A stretch of 64,000 bases of DNA, from positions 48,484,001 through 48,548,000 of the forward strand of contig OX597825.1 of NCBI GenBank assembly GCA_951406725.2, given 5' to 3'. Positions within the stretch are counted from its first letter, which is position 1. Every line of letters starts with the position of its first letter. This DNA is from Octopus vulgaris (lineage: Eukaryota). The position numbers and the translations under genes were made by a program. Below are positions 1-13,252 of this stretch, in pieces. The notes under the pieces were generated by a model, which was not told the DNA's origin, searched no databases, and saw only the letters and a program-made list of their open reading frames with translations.

Positions 1-87
1 CCACATTGCATAACAAGCTAAAACACATATATAAATGTGTGTGTGTGTTTGACTGTGTGTGCGCGCACGCGAGCGCACTCACTCTTT

Positions 88-292
88 GAGTCTGTGCCCC
101 ATCACCGCTTGAAAACTGGTGCTCGTGTGTTTATGTCGCCGTAATTTAGCGGTTCGGTAAAAGAGATAGATTGAATAAGTACTAGGCTTTAAAAAATAAT
201 TAAGTTCTGGGCTGGATTCGCTCGACTAAAATCTTTTAATGCAGTGCCCCAGTAAGGGCTGCAGTCTAATGACTAAAAGAAGTAAAAAAAAA
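88..292 (+). mobile_element. SINE, 3' half (abundant family A in this window)
   Basis: Alignable by eye to 4925-5110, 18884-19180 and 41630-41835 (gaataagtactaggctt...gtgccccag...gcagtc..atgact.aaa tail). Confidence 0.8.
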
Positions 293-721
293 ACTGTACA
301 CACACACACACACACATACACACGCACGCACGCACACACATTGACACACAGATTAAAGAAGATCCAAGATCGGAGCATATCAAAATGAAGCACACCGCAT
401 TAATGGTTATATAATAAAATAAATCAACAGGTAAACAATCCAGAAAATCCACTGTGCTTGGTAATCCGCTACTCTACTAGTTGATGAGTACTTCAGCATG
501 GTGTAAAATAATCAAAACAAACGGATAATAACGGCATCGCTACAATCGTTTCATTATTAGATTTTATTGCTTTATAACTTATACAGGTAGGTGTTATGAA
601 GTGCAGCATCTATAAGATATTGCAAAAACACAACAGAGAGCTACATTGTCCAGCGCACTGTAATATCGGCTCTTACACAATAGAGTCCAACCTGAAGATT
701 TGAGAGGTTCTCTATGCTTTG

Positions 722-952
722 CAGCATCTTATAGGGCCGTTCAAGAATTTGGATCTGGAGATCTCCATTTCCAGCGACTTCGAGGGCTACCTCCCATTGG
801 TGTCGGGCGTCAATGAAGAGCCCTCGACTACAACAAGACGACCAAAGATATTTTTTTTCCCCAAGGTCTGGGGTCTCTCGCCCCTAAGCCCTAGACCATC
901 ACCTAATCACCCTTACCCGTCTTGTTGCTTAACAACAACAGCATCTTATAGG
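722..952 (+). mobile_element. Short retroposed insertion (736-938) with (AAC)n tail and 14-bp target-site duplication
   Basis: cagcatcttatagg at 722-735 and 939-952 flanks a GC-richer ~200-bp segment ending aacaacaa. Confidence 0.8.
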
Positions 953-1159
953 TGGTGCACTTCATACATGTCTGAACGATATTACAATGCAATAAAATCT
1001 AATGAAACGATTGTAGCAATACGTTATAATCCGTTCGTATATATTTATAGTATGTATGTATGTATGTATGTATGTATGTATGTATGTATAGGTAATGTAT
1101 TATCTAACTGCAATACGTTTTTATCGGAGGCTAACCTAGAAAGTTTCAAGGGCATTTAT

Positions 1160-1785
1160 TTAGGAATGAGTAATTTCAATAAGTCCGAATTCTGCCATAA
1201 TGTGTATACTGGAAATTTAAATATTATTAAAAACGAGAAACTGAAAAGAATTATGATAAAAAATACGAGATATAGGGAAGTCTCAAGAATATGATTAGAC
1301 TAGAGGAATTTCAAAACTGGTAGATCAGAATAAGCGTGTTGCTGAGACGTTATTAGAAGGCTGTACAGTTTGATAAGAAACCCATCAGCTTTAAGTAAAT
1401 TTGAGGTTAAGGAATACATTAGAGAGTTGCACGTTAAGTATGTTATAGTATTAGTGGATAAATAATCTGAGAATTTGTTTTTATTTATAAAAAATATTAT
1501 ATAAGGGTATTAGGTTATGAGATAGGAGGAGTAAGTAACTTTGGCTTTGATGTTAATGATAAGGTGGAAAAGTTGAGTGGTTTCAAAGGGCAAGAGAAGA
1601 ATATGGTTATCCTATTTTGTTTTTTAGATTCCTAAATTACAGAAGATACCGTATAAAGTAGGTTTATTTCAGGTGCTAGGAAAATGTGCAAACAAAAAAA
1701 CTATCTTTATCTATTAATGAAGCTTTGGATGTAGTTAGGTCGTACTTCGTGAGGTACTGCGAACGAATCTTTAGCAATTCTGTAA
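1160..1785 (+). pseudogene. Degraded Penelope-like RT N-terminal fragment
   Basis: Peptides VYTGNLNIIKNEKLKRIMIKNTRYRE, KEYIRELHVKYVIVLVDK and IPKLQKIPYK resemble the PLE pre-RT/fingers region; many stops. Confidence 0.6.
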
Positions 1786-1787
1786 TA

Positions 1788-2005
1788 TACAAAGAGGTGC
1801 TGAAAAACTGGCTTTAAGAATATCGCGGAAGGCCAGGCTGGAGGCCCAACTTCCAGTTTTCTTTTAAAGGGCTTAGAAACATTGAAGTACCACTACGGTG
1901 AGTGTGTGAATCAGAGAGGAGAACATGTTGAATAAAATCATAATTAACTAATCCTACCGTATTTTCTTTTACCCAAAGCTAAGAACTTTTCTCCTCCACC
2001 TCGTA
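1788..2005 (+). mobile_element. Internally deleted mariner
   Basis: Encodes a mariner C-terminus (KGLETLKYHYGECVNQRGEHVE*); ends aagaacttttctcctccacctcg-ta, with an imperfect matching left TIR ta-caaagaggtgctgaaaaact. Confidence 0.7.
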
Positions 2006-2149
2006 ATCTCCAGTAAAGATGATGGCTGTCGACTCTTTAGATGTATCACTGACAAATATTATTTCTGTGGTTTTTTTTTGTTTATTTACTTTTTTTTCAG
2101 TGAACACGGACCTACAAAGGCTTTTAAAGCCAGCAAGTAATTAAATATT

Positions 2150-3770
2150 TTTTGTTGTTGCAGATGCAGTATTCATTTTCATGCGTGGCAGTCAAACAAT
2201 CGTTCTGTAGAATGCCTTGATTGTGTACTTTCAAGTACCTTTTGAGTCCAAATCGGTTGAAAAAACCCCTACCACATAGATTGCTTATCGGCTTAGGTGC
2301 TAGAAATTGGCTGTATTCAACTTGAGGCCTTTCAAAGTGTTTGCTTGCGTGACTTGTGAGGCAAGATTTGGAGAGCAAATTCATCAACTCACAACAGGTT
2401 GTCTTTTCTTACCTACTAGCTTTACCTTGGCCGATTTTAACGAAGATGCTGGGAACGTCCGGATGCCGTTGGTTATTTCGGTATACCCAATTACTTCTGC
2501 TTAGCGCTAAAAACTTCCATTCAATTGTTCCAATCAGGCATTGAATTAGAAAATCTTTCATACAGTTCTTAAAACACAATTTTGACTTAAGGTGTAAATC
2601 ACATACCAGACATCAGCTCGTCATAAAGAATTTTGTTTTGGAATTCTGCTGTCATCTAGTCTATTTCTATGTATGTGAGCTTCAATACTTAGAGCGTCAG
2701 CATTTTGGAGTACTTCAGATTCAGGTGTATGTGTACTCCGGTGAATGCTTAGAATATTACGAAATCATCGTTAGTGTATCTGCTCCAGGCTAATGGGGTG
2801 CTGTGGTAGACCGCCTAAGTTTCACTAGAGTAAAGCAGTATCATAAGTGCCTTTTAAACTTCCTTCTGATTTCAAACATGTCAAAGACTGGCAAGAGAAT
2901 CAGTTACCATTATGATGCATGAAGTTATTTCCTCATCCAGTTTTTGCCAGTCGGTTGTCGGTCTCGTCCACCAGTTTTCTTGAATATCTCGTAGGGTGCA
3001 TTGAGTTACGGTTTCTGCACGCTTGAAGTTTTCTTCCAAATGAAGACACCTTTCCTTTGATATCTCTGCTTGCAGTATTTTTTATACAGAGTGATTCAAA
3101 AATCGCCATACATAAGAACAATTTATTTTTATTTATTTAATTGTTTCTTATAAAAAAATAAATTTTCCCTATGTATGGTGACTTTTGAATCACCATGTAT
3201 ATCCAATTTTTCTTGGAAAGCACTGTTTTTATAGTCTGGTAATTTTTATCAAACCAGCCTTTACTCTTTGCTGGAGTTATACCAAGAATTACATGAGCTG
3301 CATTATGAAGATCATCTCTGGCAATATACCATGATGTTTTATCGATTGTTACTGCAATAGTTCTCCTAGAACATCTTATACATCTAACAAATACCGCTTT
3401 CCAACATTTAGGTGCTTCGGGAGTTTGACTGTATTATGATTTCTGGCAGCCGGTTTTATTACCAAACGTAATCTGACCATTGCTAAAGAATGGTCAGCCC
3501 AGCATTTAGTAGCGCGCAGAGAATGGACATTGCAAATATCCTGCTTTTCTTATTTGCGGACAATGACAACAACTGAATGCCACTAGCGGCTTCCAGGATA
3601 TATCCATGTTCTGACAGGATCACCTTGTCGTTTGAATGGTATGCTCAAGATATACAAACGAAAAACAGTACGTAATTTCTGCAAAAGCAAATCATTATTG
3701 CTGATTTTTCTGACGTCATATCTTTCCAGGTCCAAATGTCCCAGTTCCCAGCCTTTTCCAAAATGTACCT
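2150..3770 (-). pseudogene. Degraded RTE-clade LINE (end of APE domain to start of RT)
   Basis: Minus-strand peptides TWIYPGSR*W, SLRATKCWADHSL and KSKGWFDKN match RTE endonuclease/linker motifs; heavily decayed. Confidence 0.6.
3085..3199. mobile_element. Tc1/mariner-type MITE (~115 bp) nested in the RTE remnant
   Basis: ~28-bp TIRs ta-cagagtgattcaaaaatcgccatacata / tatgtatggtgacttttgaatcaccatg-ta; TA TSD. Confidence 0.8.
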
Positions 3771-3824
3771 TAAAGTTTCCCAGGGGAAACTAACAGGATC
3801 AATTCCCCCGCCCTTACTTTTACA

Positions 3825-4205
3825 TGGAAGCACTCCGTTGGTTACGACGACGAGGGTTCCGGTTGATCCGAATCAACGGAACAGCCTGCTCGTGAAATTA
3901 ACGTGTAAGTGGCTGAGCACTCCACAGACACGTGTACCCTTAACGTAGTTCTCGGGGATATTCAGCGTGACACAGAGTGTGACAAGGCTGGCCCTTTGAA
4001 GTACAGGTACAACAGAAACAGGAAGTAAGAGTGAGAAAGTTGTGGTGAAAGAGTACAGCAGGGATTACCACCATCCCCTGCCGGAGCCTCGTGGAGCTTT
4101 AGGTGTTTTCGCCCAATAAACACTCACAACGCCCGGTCTGGGAATCGAAGCCACGATCCTATGACCGCGAGTCCGCTGCCCTAACCACTGGGCCATTGCG
4201 CCTCC
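3825..4205 (-). mobile_element. Full-length tRNA-derived SINE (family B), little decayed
   Basis: Minus strand begins GGAGGCGCAATGGCCCAGTGGTTAGGGCAGCGGACTCGCGG...GGCTTCGATTCCC (A and B boxes), then a ~300-bp CpG-rich body; resembles described octopus tRNA-SINEs (family name not verified). Confidence 0.85.
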
Positions 4206-4525
4206 AGGAATAGAAATAAAATTTTTACATACATACATACATACATGATGACGACGACGATGACGACGATGTTAGTCCAAGAAAGACGGCTCTGAAATTT
4301 TTTGCTGAACAACTTGCACAAATGATTTGTTGATAGTGATCAAATGTATGTGCTGTACATTGTATGTATGTATGTATGTATGTATGTATGTATGTATGTG
4401 ATGTTGTAATTAATAATATCAGGGTAATAAAGATTTTAGAAATGTTTACTACCAGGGGCCTAGCGTATAGAACAATTGGTCAAAAGACTATATATTATTC
4501 ATATAAAACGCACACATTTATAGAT

Positions 4526-4613
4526 ATGTGTGGCTGTGTGGTAAGAAGTTTGCTTCTCAACTACATGATTCTGGGTTCAGCCTCACTGCGTAGCACCTTG
4601 GGCAAGTGTCTTG

Positions 4614-4661
<48 letters not shown>

Positions 4662-4875
4662 CATGAAGCTTTACGAAAATAAACAAAAGACGAAGGCAGG
4701 TGGAGTACAAACAAACAATTGTATTAGTATGGCGCTCAGGAATATAAATAAAACAAGTCTTTTACGTTTCGAGTCTACGCTCTTCAACAGAAAGATACAC
4801 AGAAAAGAAACAAGGAGAGAAAAAAAAATGCGTGCAAGAGCTAACGAATCAACATGGATATATATATGTTGTATA

Positions 4876-4912
<37 letters not shown>

Positions 4913-5110
4913 GGGGGGGGGGTTGCTTTTCACCACTACTTGACAACCAGTGTTGGTTACTGTATGACACCGTAACTTCGGCAAAAACTTAGCGACAGCA
5001 CATATATCAGGCTTAAAACAAAGTACTGGAATTGGTTCATTTATCAAAAAGTTCTTCAAGGCGGTGCCCCAGCCCGGCCACAGTCTGATGACTGAAACAG
5101 GAAACAGATA
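4526..5110 (+). mobile_element. tRNA-derived SINE (family A) interrupted by (TA)n and a PLE terminal fragment
   Basis: Head tggctgtgtggtaagaagtttgcttc...ggttcag, body resumes at ~4925; same family as 41440-41835. Confidence 0.8.
4663..4858 (-). mobile_element. PLE terminal (pLTR-like) fragment with a minimal hammerhead-like motif
   Basis: Between (TA)n tracts; minus strand tcttt-CTGTTGA-a-gag-cgtaga-ctc-GAAA-CG-TA-aaaga (4795-4758); terminus shared with 30135-30220. Confidence 0.65.
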
Positions 5111-5590
5111 ATATATATGCCGACAGGAAGCGTCATTGCTTCCTAGGGCTAAACAGCGGTGATGAAATTCCTTTACAGGACTGTCACGTTAAGTTGACAG
5201 TAAACAACCACTCTATATATATACATATATATATTCTTTTATTCTTTTATTTGTTTATCATTTGACTGAGGACCTCATGTATATAAATGTATATGTGTAT
5301 ATACGAATGTGCGTGTGGTTGCGATTAGTGTAGGTGGTTGGGTATGGTGGTACTTTGACCGTGAACATTATTATTACCATAACAGATTGAAGGAAGGAGG
5401 TGCAGGAGTTTTGGCAGAGAGGGGTAGTTAAAGGTTAACGACTAGAATGGGGAATCAGGGTGGGTGAGTGAGTAGAATGGAATGGAATGTTTGAAAAGAC
5501 AGAAGAGAGGAGTTGGGAAGGAACAGCCTCTAATATCAGATGGAATGTTAAACAATACACACACACTCCACACAGTCCCTAACATAAATT

Positions 5591-5679
<89 letters not shown>

Positions 5680-6032
5680 ATGTATATACACATATGCACA
5701 CGTATTACACACACACACACACACATATGCACACACACACATCTAAATTGATGCATAACCCACCATACACAAGCTGAGCAAGAATTCGGCCTAGAGGAGA
5801 AGCTTGTCAAAAATCGAAAACAGTGCTACTTAGACGAAATAATAGGGGTCTGTTAAGAAGGATGGGTTGCATCCCCTCCAACTTCTTGTCCCTACCAATG
5901 GCCCTCTTCCGTGCACCATATTTTTGTAATTCTTTTTATATTTGTCTTCTATAAGGAAATTCCATCTTGTACAGATAAATTCTAGGCTAAGGAGACAATT
6001 ATACACACACACACATATATATATATACGTAG

Positions 6033-6087
<55 letters not shown>

Positions 6088-6629
6088 TGTGTCTGTGGAA
6101 ATGAATATATATAAATGTATATAATATAATGGATAATATATATTAACTAATTCATTTTGTACTATTGAGGCAACACACACACACATACACGCACAAACGC
6201 ACACTCATATGGTGTCAATATTCTGAACAGAATTTATAACACTTAAGACAGTGTAGAATAGGAATTACATAAGAAAAGCTACATGCGTTAGGTGTTAATC
6301 GACAGAATAAGAGTTTCACAGCAAGAAATACTGCTGTTTGTAAACAAATCTGCTTTAACTGTTCAGTGTCATCATATTTTATTCAACTAGTAAAAGACAG
6401 TTACTCGATGTTAGTGAGTAATGGAGAGAACGTTACTGTAATGTAAGTTGTTTCCTGTGACATTAATAGACATTTTTTCACACATCTGTTTGTATGTCTG
6501 AATACAGTGATAATGTCCCCCGCATTACTCATATACACAGGTACGCGGGTGCACACACAACTATACAGACAAATATGCATACATACTGAAGATCCAGTGA
6601 GTATAGTCGAAGCCATAGCTGACCTAACT

Positions 6630-8095
6630 TCATCGAGGGCCACCGCCCTGAAATTAAACACAAGGAGTGATTGTATTATCACCGATAGAATACAGTATCG
6701 CAGAGGCATATTCATAGGGGACAGCCTCTCAGTGATGTTGTAAACCCCTTGTCATTCATGTTAAGGAAGTCTGAAAGATATCCCACTGGTTCACAAAGAA
6801 ACAGGATTACAAAAATTACACACTGTTTCTTTGTGGATGACTTGAAGCTATATGCCAAAAATGTGCATGAGATGAAAAAAAGTCTTGACCTGGTTTCAAC
6901 ATTTTCAAAGGATGCAGGGTTGGAGTTTGGTCAGGATAAATGTTGCTAGGTGGTTGTGAAAAGGGGGAAAGCTAAACTAGACTATCAACATCTCCATCAA
7001 TGACTTGAGTGTTTCCCTATATCTGATGAGGAATGTTACAGGTATTTAGGAGTGGACGAAAACATATCGTACAATGACACCCATAACAAAACACGTGTCA
7101 CTAAAAAATATTACAGCCGAATAAAGAAAATTTGGACCTCGGATCTCATTGCGTTCAATAAAATAGTAGCTTATAATGTGACCCACAACATTTGGGCTGC
7201 TTGATTGGACGCTTGATGAGATCCGAGCCATTGATGTGAAAACCCGGAAGATACTAACCAACACACATAATTCCCACATTAACAGTGACGTAGACCGCCT
7301 CTACCTAAAACAAAAACAAGGTGGCCTTTGAATGTCGTATCATATCATTAACCACCAAGTGTCGAAGTACTTCTCTTGACCAATTTTGCATACATGAGGC
7401 TCATAACATCATAAGACTTGAAAAGCAGCTTCTTGAGTAGCATTCCCTGTCTGATAACTTTAAATAAAGGCTCAAATAAGTCGCACAACTCTACTGCAAT
7501 GAACGTATCATCAGTTGAAAGTATGAGCGTGCGTCAGCAGAAGACCATGCATAGATATGTTAGTAGAAAGCTTTGAGATGATAGTAACATTGATCATCAA
7601 AACAGTCTATCATGGACCAACAACCAGATTACTACTTCCCACTTTGAAGGGTATGCGTTTGTAATCCAGGAACAGGAAATATCAACCAAATACCTGATGC
7701 ACAAAAGGGACAGAAATGCAGAATAAGCAGCAAAATAAACCTATGCAGACTTTATGGAGTTAACATAGAAGATATCACTCATATCATATGCAGTTGTCCG
7801 AAAATGTCATCACGGTTTTATCTACCGATGGGACATGTTGTTGTTGCTAGAACTCTGTATAACGAGATCCGTCGAAAGGATAACCCAGAGGACAAAAAAT
7901 AAGAAACCACAGTATGGTGGAAGCCATAGCGACTCATAATAAAAAAGAGAGTACTAGTGGAATGTCCCAGTGAAAACTTCAATAAAATATAAACATAATA
8001 GACCTGACATTGTGATTTAGGATTGAGAAGGGAAACTGTGTACAGTTGAATAAATCAGCTGCCCCGTAGATGTTAACGTAAAGCTAAAGATCTAT
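6630..8095 (+). pseudogene. Degraded R4/Dong-like non-LTR retrotransposon (RT + CCHC + RLE endonuclease), 5' truncated
   Basis: RRGIFIGDSLS, THCFFVDDLKLY, EFGQDKC, YRYLG, RLYLKQKQGG, CRL..EDITHIICSC, HNRPDIVI, ISCPVD. Confidence 0.88.
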
Positions 8096-8269
8096 ACGGA
8101 GAATATTTGGATCTCTTCTGTGAACACACGCACACACACATTTGTATCTGTGTGTGCGCGCGCGTGTATATATATATACATACACACATATATCTTGCCC
8201 CCCCAGGCAGAAGATACACTGTTTTTACTTTAAATTTTTATAAAATTTGACTGATATTTGATAAGACGA

Positions 8270-9980
8270 GATACATCGAGATATTGTACAAATTAAGGAG
8301 TTGCATTCTCTCCTCAAGAATTCAAGTTCAGGTAGGTTTGTACGAATCCGTTTGCTCCAATAATAATAGGTATGAAACTGAAAGTATCTCGGGTACTGGA
8401 TTAGCGAGTAGTTCATATATGCTCTCTTTCTCCTGCATGTTTCTGACCACAGTGGTATCCAGAAGGCCACTGATTTCCACAACACAGCGTACTTTTTCTG
8501 TGGTCCCACACAACAGTATTTGACCAGTTGTTTTAACCTGCTGGCTGTTTTAATTTTTAATCTTTACCAATATACTTTGGACTCACCAACCTCATTATAG
8601 TCAACTTCGTCTGTTAATGTTTTTTTTTGTATCTTGTTCCAGGCTATTTTGACCACCGCATCATGCCTCATGTGAGGATAATATCTGGAAGACATTCTTT
8701 TCGCAGTTCTCAGTAATCTGGTTGATGCCATTTAGTCTTCGTTTTGCGCAACGTACATTTATTGTCTGCCAATGCTTTCAGCCTTTTGTGTTGAAGGTGC
8801 GTGGTGGAGATTTCCTGTCTTTTAAATCGCAGGAACCTAGCTTTCAAAGTGGGATATCATAAATTTGTTGGTACTCCATTCCAAGCCTTTGATATGATCT
8901 ATTCCTTCTTTGACTTACACCTTTTGTACCCAGCACCCAAGCTCTAACTTCTCAGTAAATTTGTTCACTTGTTTTTTTATTTTGTTCTAATAAATAGAAT
9001 TTACCAATGCTTCTTGGGAGGAGATCTGTATAAGCTCTTATTTCATATCTCTTCTCAAGCTCATTAAGATAGGTACCGACTTCTTCCGTCTGCTGCAGTA
9101 TCACCAGACGTGCTCCATATGACATATCACAAATTTAAAACCACGGCTACCATCTTTACGTGGGAAGTTTATTCTGTCTCCATTTACATTGATGTTTTAG
9201 TTTCCAGTAATACTGAGGATCTTGCGAGTTCGTTCATCCATCTCGTTGAGCTCTTGTAGCGACCAGTTTAGAAGGCCAAATAGTTGGTGGTGGTGACGAT
9301 AGACACTGCAAAGGTGTGGGCAATGTGCTTCAAGCCATGACAAAAGGCAAGGAGAAAGATGTTACTGGACCCATTCCTATAGCTGCTATGTTTTGTGATT
9401 AGGTATAACGCGGTTTTAATGAGAGAACAAAGATTAGTACTGACAAGCTACCATCCCGAAGGATGCCTTCTTGGTAGTGTATAGTGTCAGATTTGATGTT
9501 TTCGTTATCGCCTCTAAGAAATAGGGAGGTGTACCACTGGTTTGGTAAGGTGGTGGACCGCACATTTACAAGTGGTGGTAGTACTTCACTAATAACAGAG
9601 TCTGTTCAAGATCAAATGCGAACATTCCTTTTGACCAAATTTCGTTCCTATGACAGCTGAAAATGTTATTAACTCTAGCATTTTGACATTGTTAGCATTT
9701 TTATCATAAATCTTCAGCTCATTCACAGAGAAATTATGGGTTATATTACCAAATCTAGCAGTTGCAAACCCTAGCATATAGCCTTTTGGTTTTTGCAGCA
9801 GGAATGATAATTTGATATAATGCCAAAACGAACATTTTTACAGACAGGCTTTCTTGGAATAATCCTCTTTAAAATATTTATAACATTAATGACGATAGTT
9901 CCGCCTTCATTTGTAAATGTAAGAAATGTTGTGAGGCTGTCAATAACAGCAATTAAGGTAGCTGGTACTTTTGTCAATAA
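8270..9980 (-). pseudogene. Second, divergent R4/Dong-like remnant, convergent with the first
   Basis: Minus strand NITHNFSVNELKIY...GTKFGQKEC, LNWSLQELNEMDERTRKIL, CVVEISGLLD. Confidence 0.75.
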
Positions 9981-9984
9981 TATT

Positions 9985-10183
9985 GGTTTCAAATTTTGGC
10001 ACAAGGCCAGCAATTTCGGGAGAGGGGTGAGTCAATGATACCGACCCTTTTGTTCAACTGGTACATATTTCATCGCCCCCCTAAAAGATGAAAGGCAAAG
10101 TTGACTTCATCGGCATTTGAACCCAGAACGTAAAGACGGACGAAGTGTCGTTAAGCATTTTGTCCGGCGTGCTCGCCACCTTA
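9985..10183 (-). mobile_element. SINE family C (central gtcaactttgcctttcatcc...aagtaccag domain, Meta/MESC-like)
   Basis: Reverse complement matches the units of the 38747-40325 array, including the gccttgtgccaaaatttgaaacc tail. Confidence 0.8.
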
Positions 10184-10189
10184 AAGGCA

Positions 10190-10915
10190 GATAATATTAG
10201 CATGAAGTGTAGCCTGTCTTGGACTCGTGGCCGTTACATCACGTTGCATTTCAAAAGTTGCGTTAGGTAGGAATTAGCTATGAAATATCTAATTAACAAA
10301 AGAGACAATGAAACATTTAAACCTCACCCTAGATGTAACCGAAAATGTCGACTATGTCAAATTTCTGTGAAGGATACTGCACGTGCGATCAGCAACTGTA
10401 CAAAAAAAATTACTTTAAGTTACTATCTCACACTGTAACATTATGTTGCTAAAACAGCGTAGAATTCCATCTTTAAGAAAGACAGCCTTAGCAGAAATTG
10501 CCCCTAGTATTTAATATATACATATCAACAGAACGAATATTGGTGGAACATTCCCAACAAAATCTATACGAAATCCCTTTATAACGCCACTGAAACAATT
10601 ACTGGGGATAGGGAAAAGAGCCAAAAAAAAAAAAAAAAAGAACCAAAAGAGCATGTACAATCATAGAGGTCGGCTGTCCAACTGATGTAAACATTTCTTT
10701 CAAAATCTATGAGAAAACTGCTTCTAATCTTACAACTTATCTACTCTGGTTACAGTCACATACCAACAATTATTGGTGCTCTTTGCTACTTAAATAGTAG
10801 CAATTTCGAGAAGCTAGGGTTATCAAAGAACTTAATACACACTTTACAAATAGAATCTGCCTGTGGAACAATATGAATATGCAAAACTTATCTGAGGTTC
10901 AGCATGTAACATCTC
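10190..10915 (+). pseudogene. R4/Dong-like 3' remnant (CCHC + RLE domain)
   Basis: KCRLCQISVKDTARAISNC, EYWWNIP, IIEVGCPTDVN, PTIIGAL, ICKTYLRF. Confidence 0.78.
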
Positions 10916-11702
10916 ACTGTTATCATTAAAACTTCTACGACGGAACTTGTTTCTTTCTTACAAAGTAGCACCTTCCTTGTAGGAAGGATTCACAAAATTA
11001 AAATAGAAACATTACACACAAACATGCTTATAAACAACATACATATGAACATACATACAGGCATACATGCATACATACATACGTATATACATACATACAT
11101 AAATACATACATACATACATACATACATTCATACAATTATTTTTGCGTAAATCCGTTTATGCGTACACATGCAGACTCACATGCATTGATGCATGCGTAT
11201 ATGCATACATAAAATGAATGCATATTGGGTGGATAGAGCTGAAACAGATGTTTAACATGTTGTGTCGGAGTGGTGTTGTAAAGAGATATTTAGCAATAAA
11301 ATCTTCAATATTTACAAATTTTCAAGAAACACACCGTTTTTTTTAGCATGGGGTGGCATTTTAATGTTTAGCACATGTATAAGTGACTCAACAGACACTT
11401 TTTCACCATTTCCTGTTTGTTCTTACCAGAAGTGCTAAATATAAATTCATTTAAAACCCTAATTTGATGATTAGACTACCATATTCGGAACAATAAAATG
11501 GATTCTAATTCTTTCTCGTAGATTTTAATCCTTGTTTTAGTGAAAAAAAAAAAAAAAAAAAAAAAAATTACAACGAAGAATATTTCTTTGTAAAATTTTG
11601 TTGAAATTATCATTTTGTAAACTATAATTTCAGAAATGTAACTACCATTTTATAAATTGAAATTTCAGAAATGAAATTATCATTTTATAAATTATAATTA
11701 CA

Positions 11703-12592
11703 CTAGCTTATGGTGACCCGCTCTACGTGCGGGTAAGAGTGTGGTTGTTACTTTCTGTTGCTTCCTTTCTGTTTTTTATCACCACACTCTCCCTTTTTGT
11801 TTCTCTCTCCTTTCTCTCTCATTTTCCTACTCTCTTACTCTTCCTTTCTCTCGGACTCTCCCTCGCTTTCTCTTACTCTCTATCTTTCTATATCTATCTC
11901 TCTCCCATTTATAAACAACAAAAATCTTGAGTAAGTTGAGAAAGGAAATATTTTGAAAGATCAATCATAGATATAAGGCTGTGACAACGGAAAGGTCTGC
12001 TTCAAGGCAGACAGCAAAACACTAACATTTAAAAGGGACAGACGAACTTGTGAGCAGAATAAAAATAAAAAAATATTGGAAACCAAAGTTTGAAGGGATA
12101 GAATCTGAGGATAGTAGAGTCACCATGGCTGGCGTTTCTTAACGACGGACAGCAACGTAGTGGCAGTTTAACGGCTGGCGTAAAATTTTGAATTTAATGT
12201 AAAAGAAAATTCCTAAACAGCAAGTTTTGAAGTGATTCTTTCTCACGACAGTAGACTCACCAATGCAAGCATTCAAAACTTCTTCATCATGGACGGCAAC
12301 GCATTGAAGATTTAAAGGCTGGCGCAAATTTTTTAGCTTGATGTAACAGAGAATTCCTAAACACCCGCTCCTGTAAATTTTAATCCCCTTCCAGCCCCAT
12401 TTAGAGCCCTTTTCACATTTTGGTTAATATAACCCGATTTCATTCAGGTTTACTCGGGCCACATTTTATAAGATGAGGAATTTTGTCCTAGAGGTCACGC
12501 CTTTCATTTGAGGAAAAAAATAGTTGCCATGCAAACTCGCCAGCACTTTTAACATCGGTGTGCATATTTTCAGCTCAACCGACCACATAATG

Positions 12593-12663
<71 letters not shown>

Positions 12664-13252
12664 AAACGTATACAAATTATATATATATATATATACACAC
12701 ATATATATATAAATACAGATGTATACACTTTGTATATATACATTATATGTACATATTTATATATAGAACACACACACACACACATATAAATTAACTCAAT
12801 AAATATCTGATTCATAATATTTGTTCTCATGATTGTGTGGTGGTAGTGGCGATAATAATTCTCTCTATGAATGCAGACAGACATACAGAGAGAGAGGGGG
12901 AGGCGGTGGGGGAAAGAGGGACAGCGCTGGCGAAGGCAGCGTGGGAAAGATAGTAGTATCTGTCAAACGTCCTTATAGAGAGAAAGTGATGGGAAGGGAG
13001 GAAACAGAGAGAGACGTAGGAAGACATGCAGATAAGAGAATGAGACGAGACTTGTCAAAGTGTGCGTTTTTTCCCTAGTAACGACACCTTTTAAGATAGG
13101 GATTTCTAAGCTAGCCCACTCACATCCTCACCTCATTTTACATGTCCCTGTAAATTTTGGAGTCAATCCGACGGGATCTAGTGGCATTTAACCCGTTCCA
13201 ATGCCAAAACCAGACAAACTAACTTTTCGCATTTCAGATTTATAGATATTGA
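11703..13252 (-). mobile_element. Non-autonomous Helitron copy 1 (1550 bp)
   Basis: Minus strand starts TC (13252-13251) and ends with hairpin acccgc-acgtaga-gcgggt, 9 nt, CTAG followed by T; internal microsatellites. Confidence 0.85.

Noticed and set aside
719-1294. 191-aa ORF
   Set aside because: Chance read-through across a retroposed insert, a (TATG)n tract and a PLE remnant
4130-4205. tRNA-like sequence on the minus strand
   Set aside because: It is the head of a SINE with a ~300-bp body and lacks a proper acceptor stem
5080-5100. ctgatgactgaaac hammerhead-like string in a SINE tail
   Set aside because: Other copies read cagtc-aaat/taat-gactg, a simple stem-loop; the core match is coincidental and there is no stem I or III
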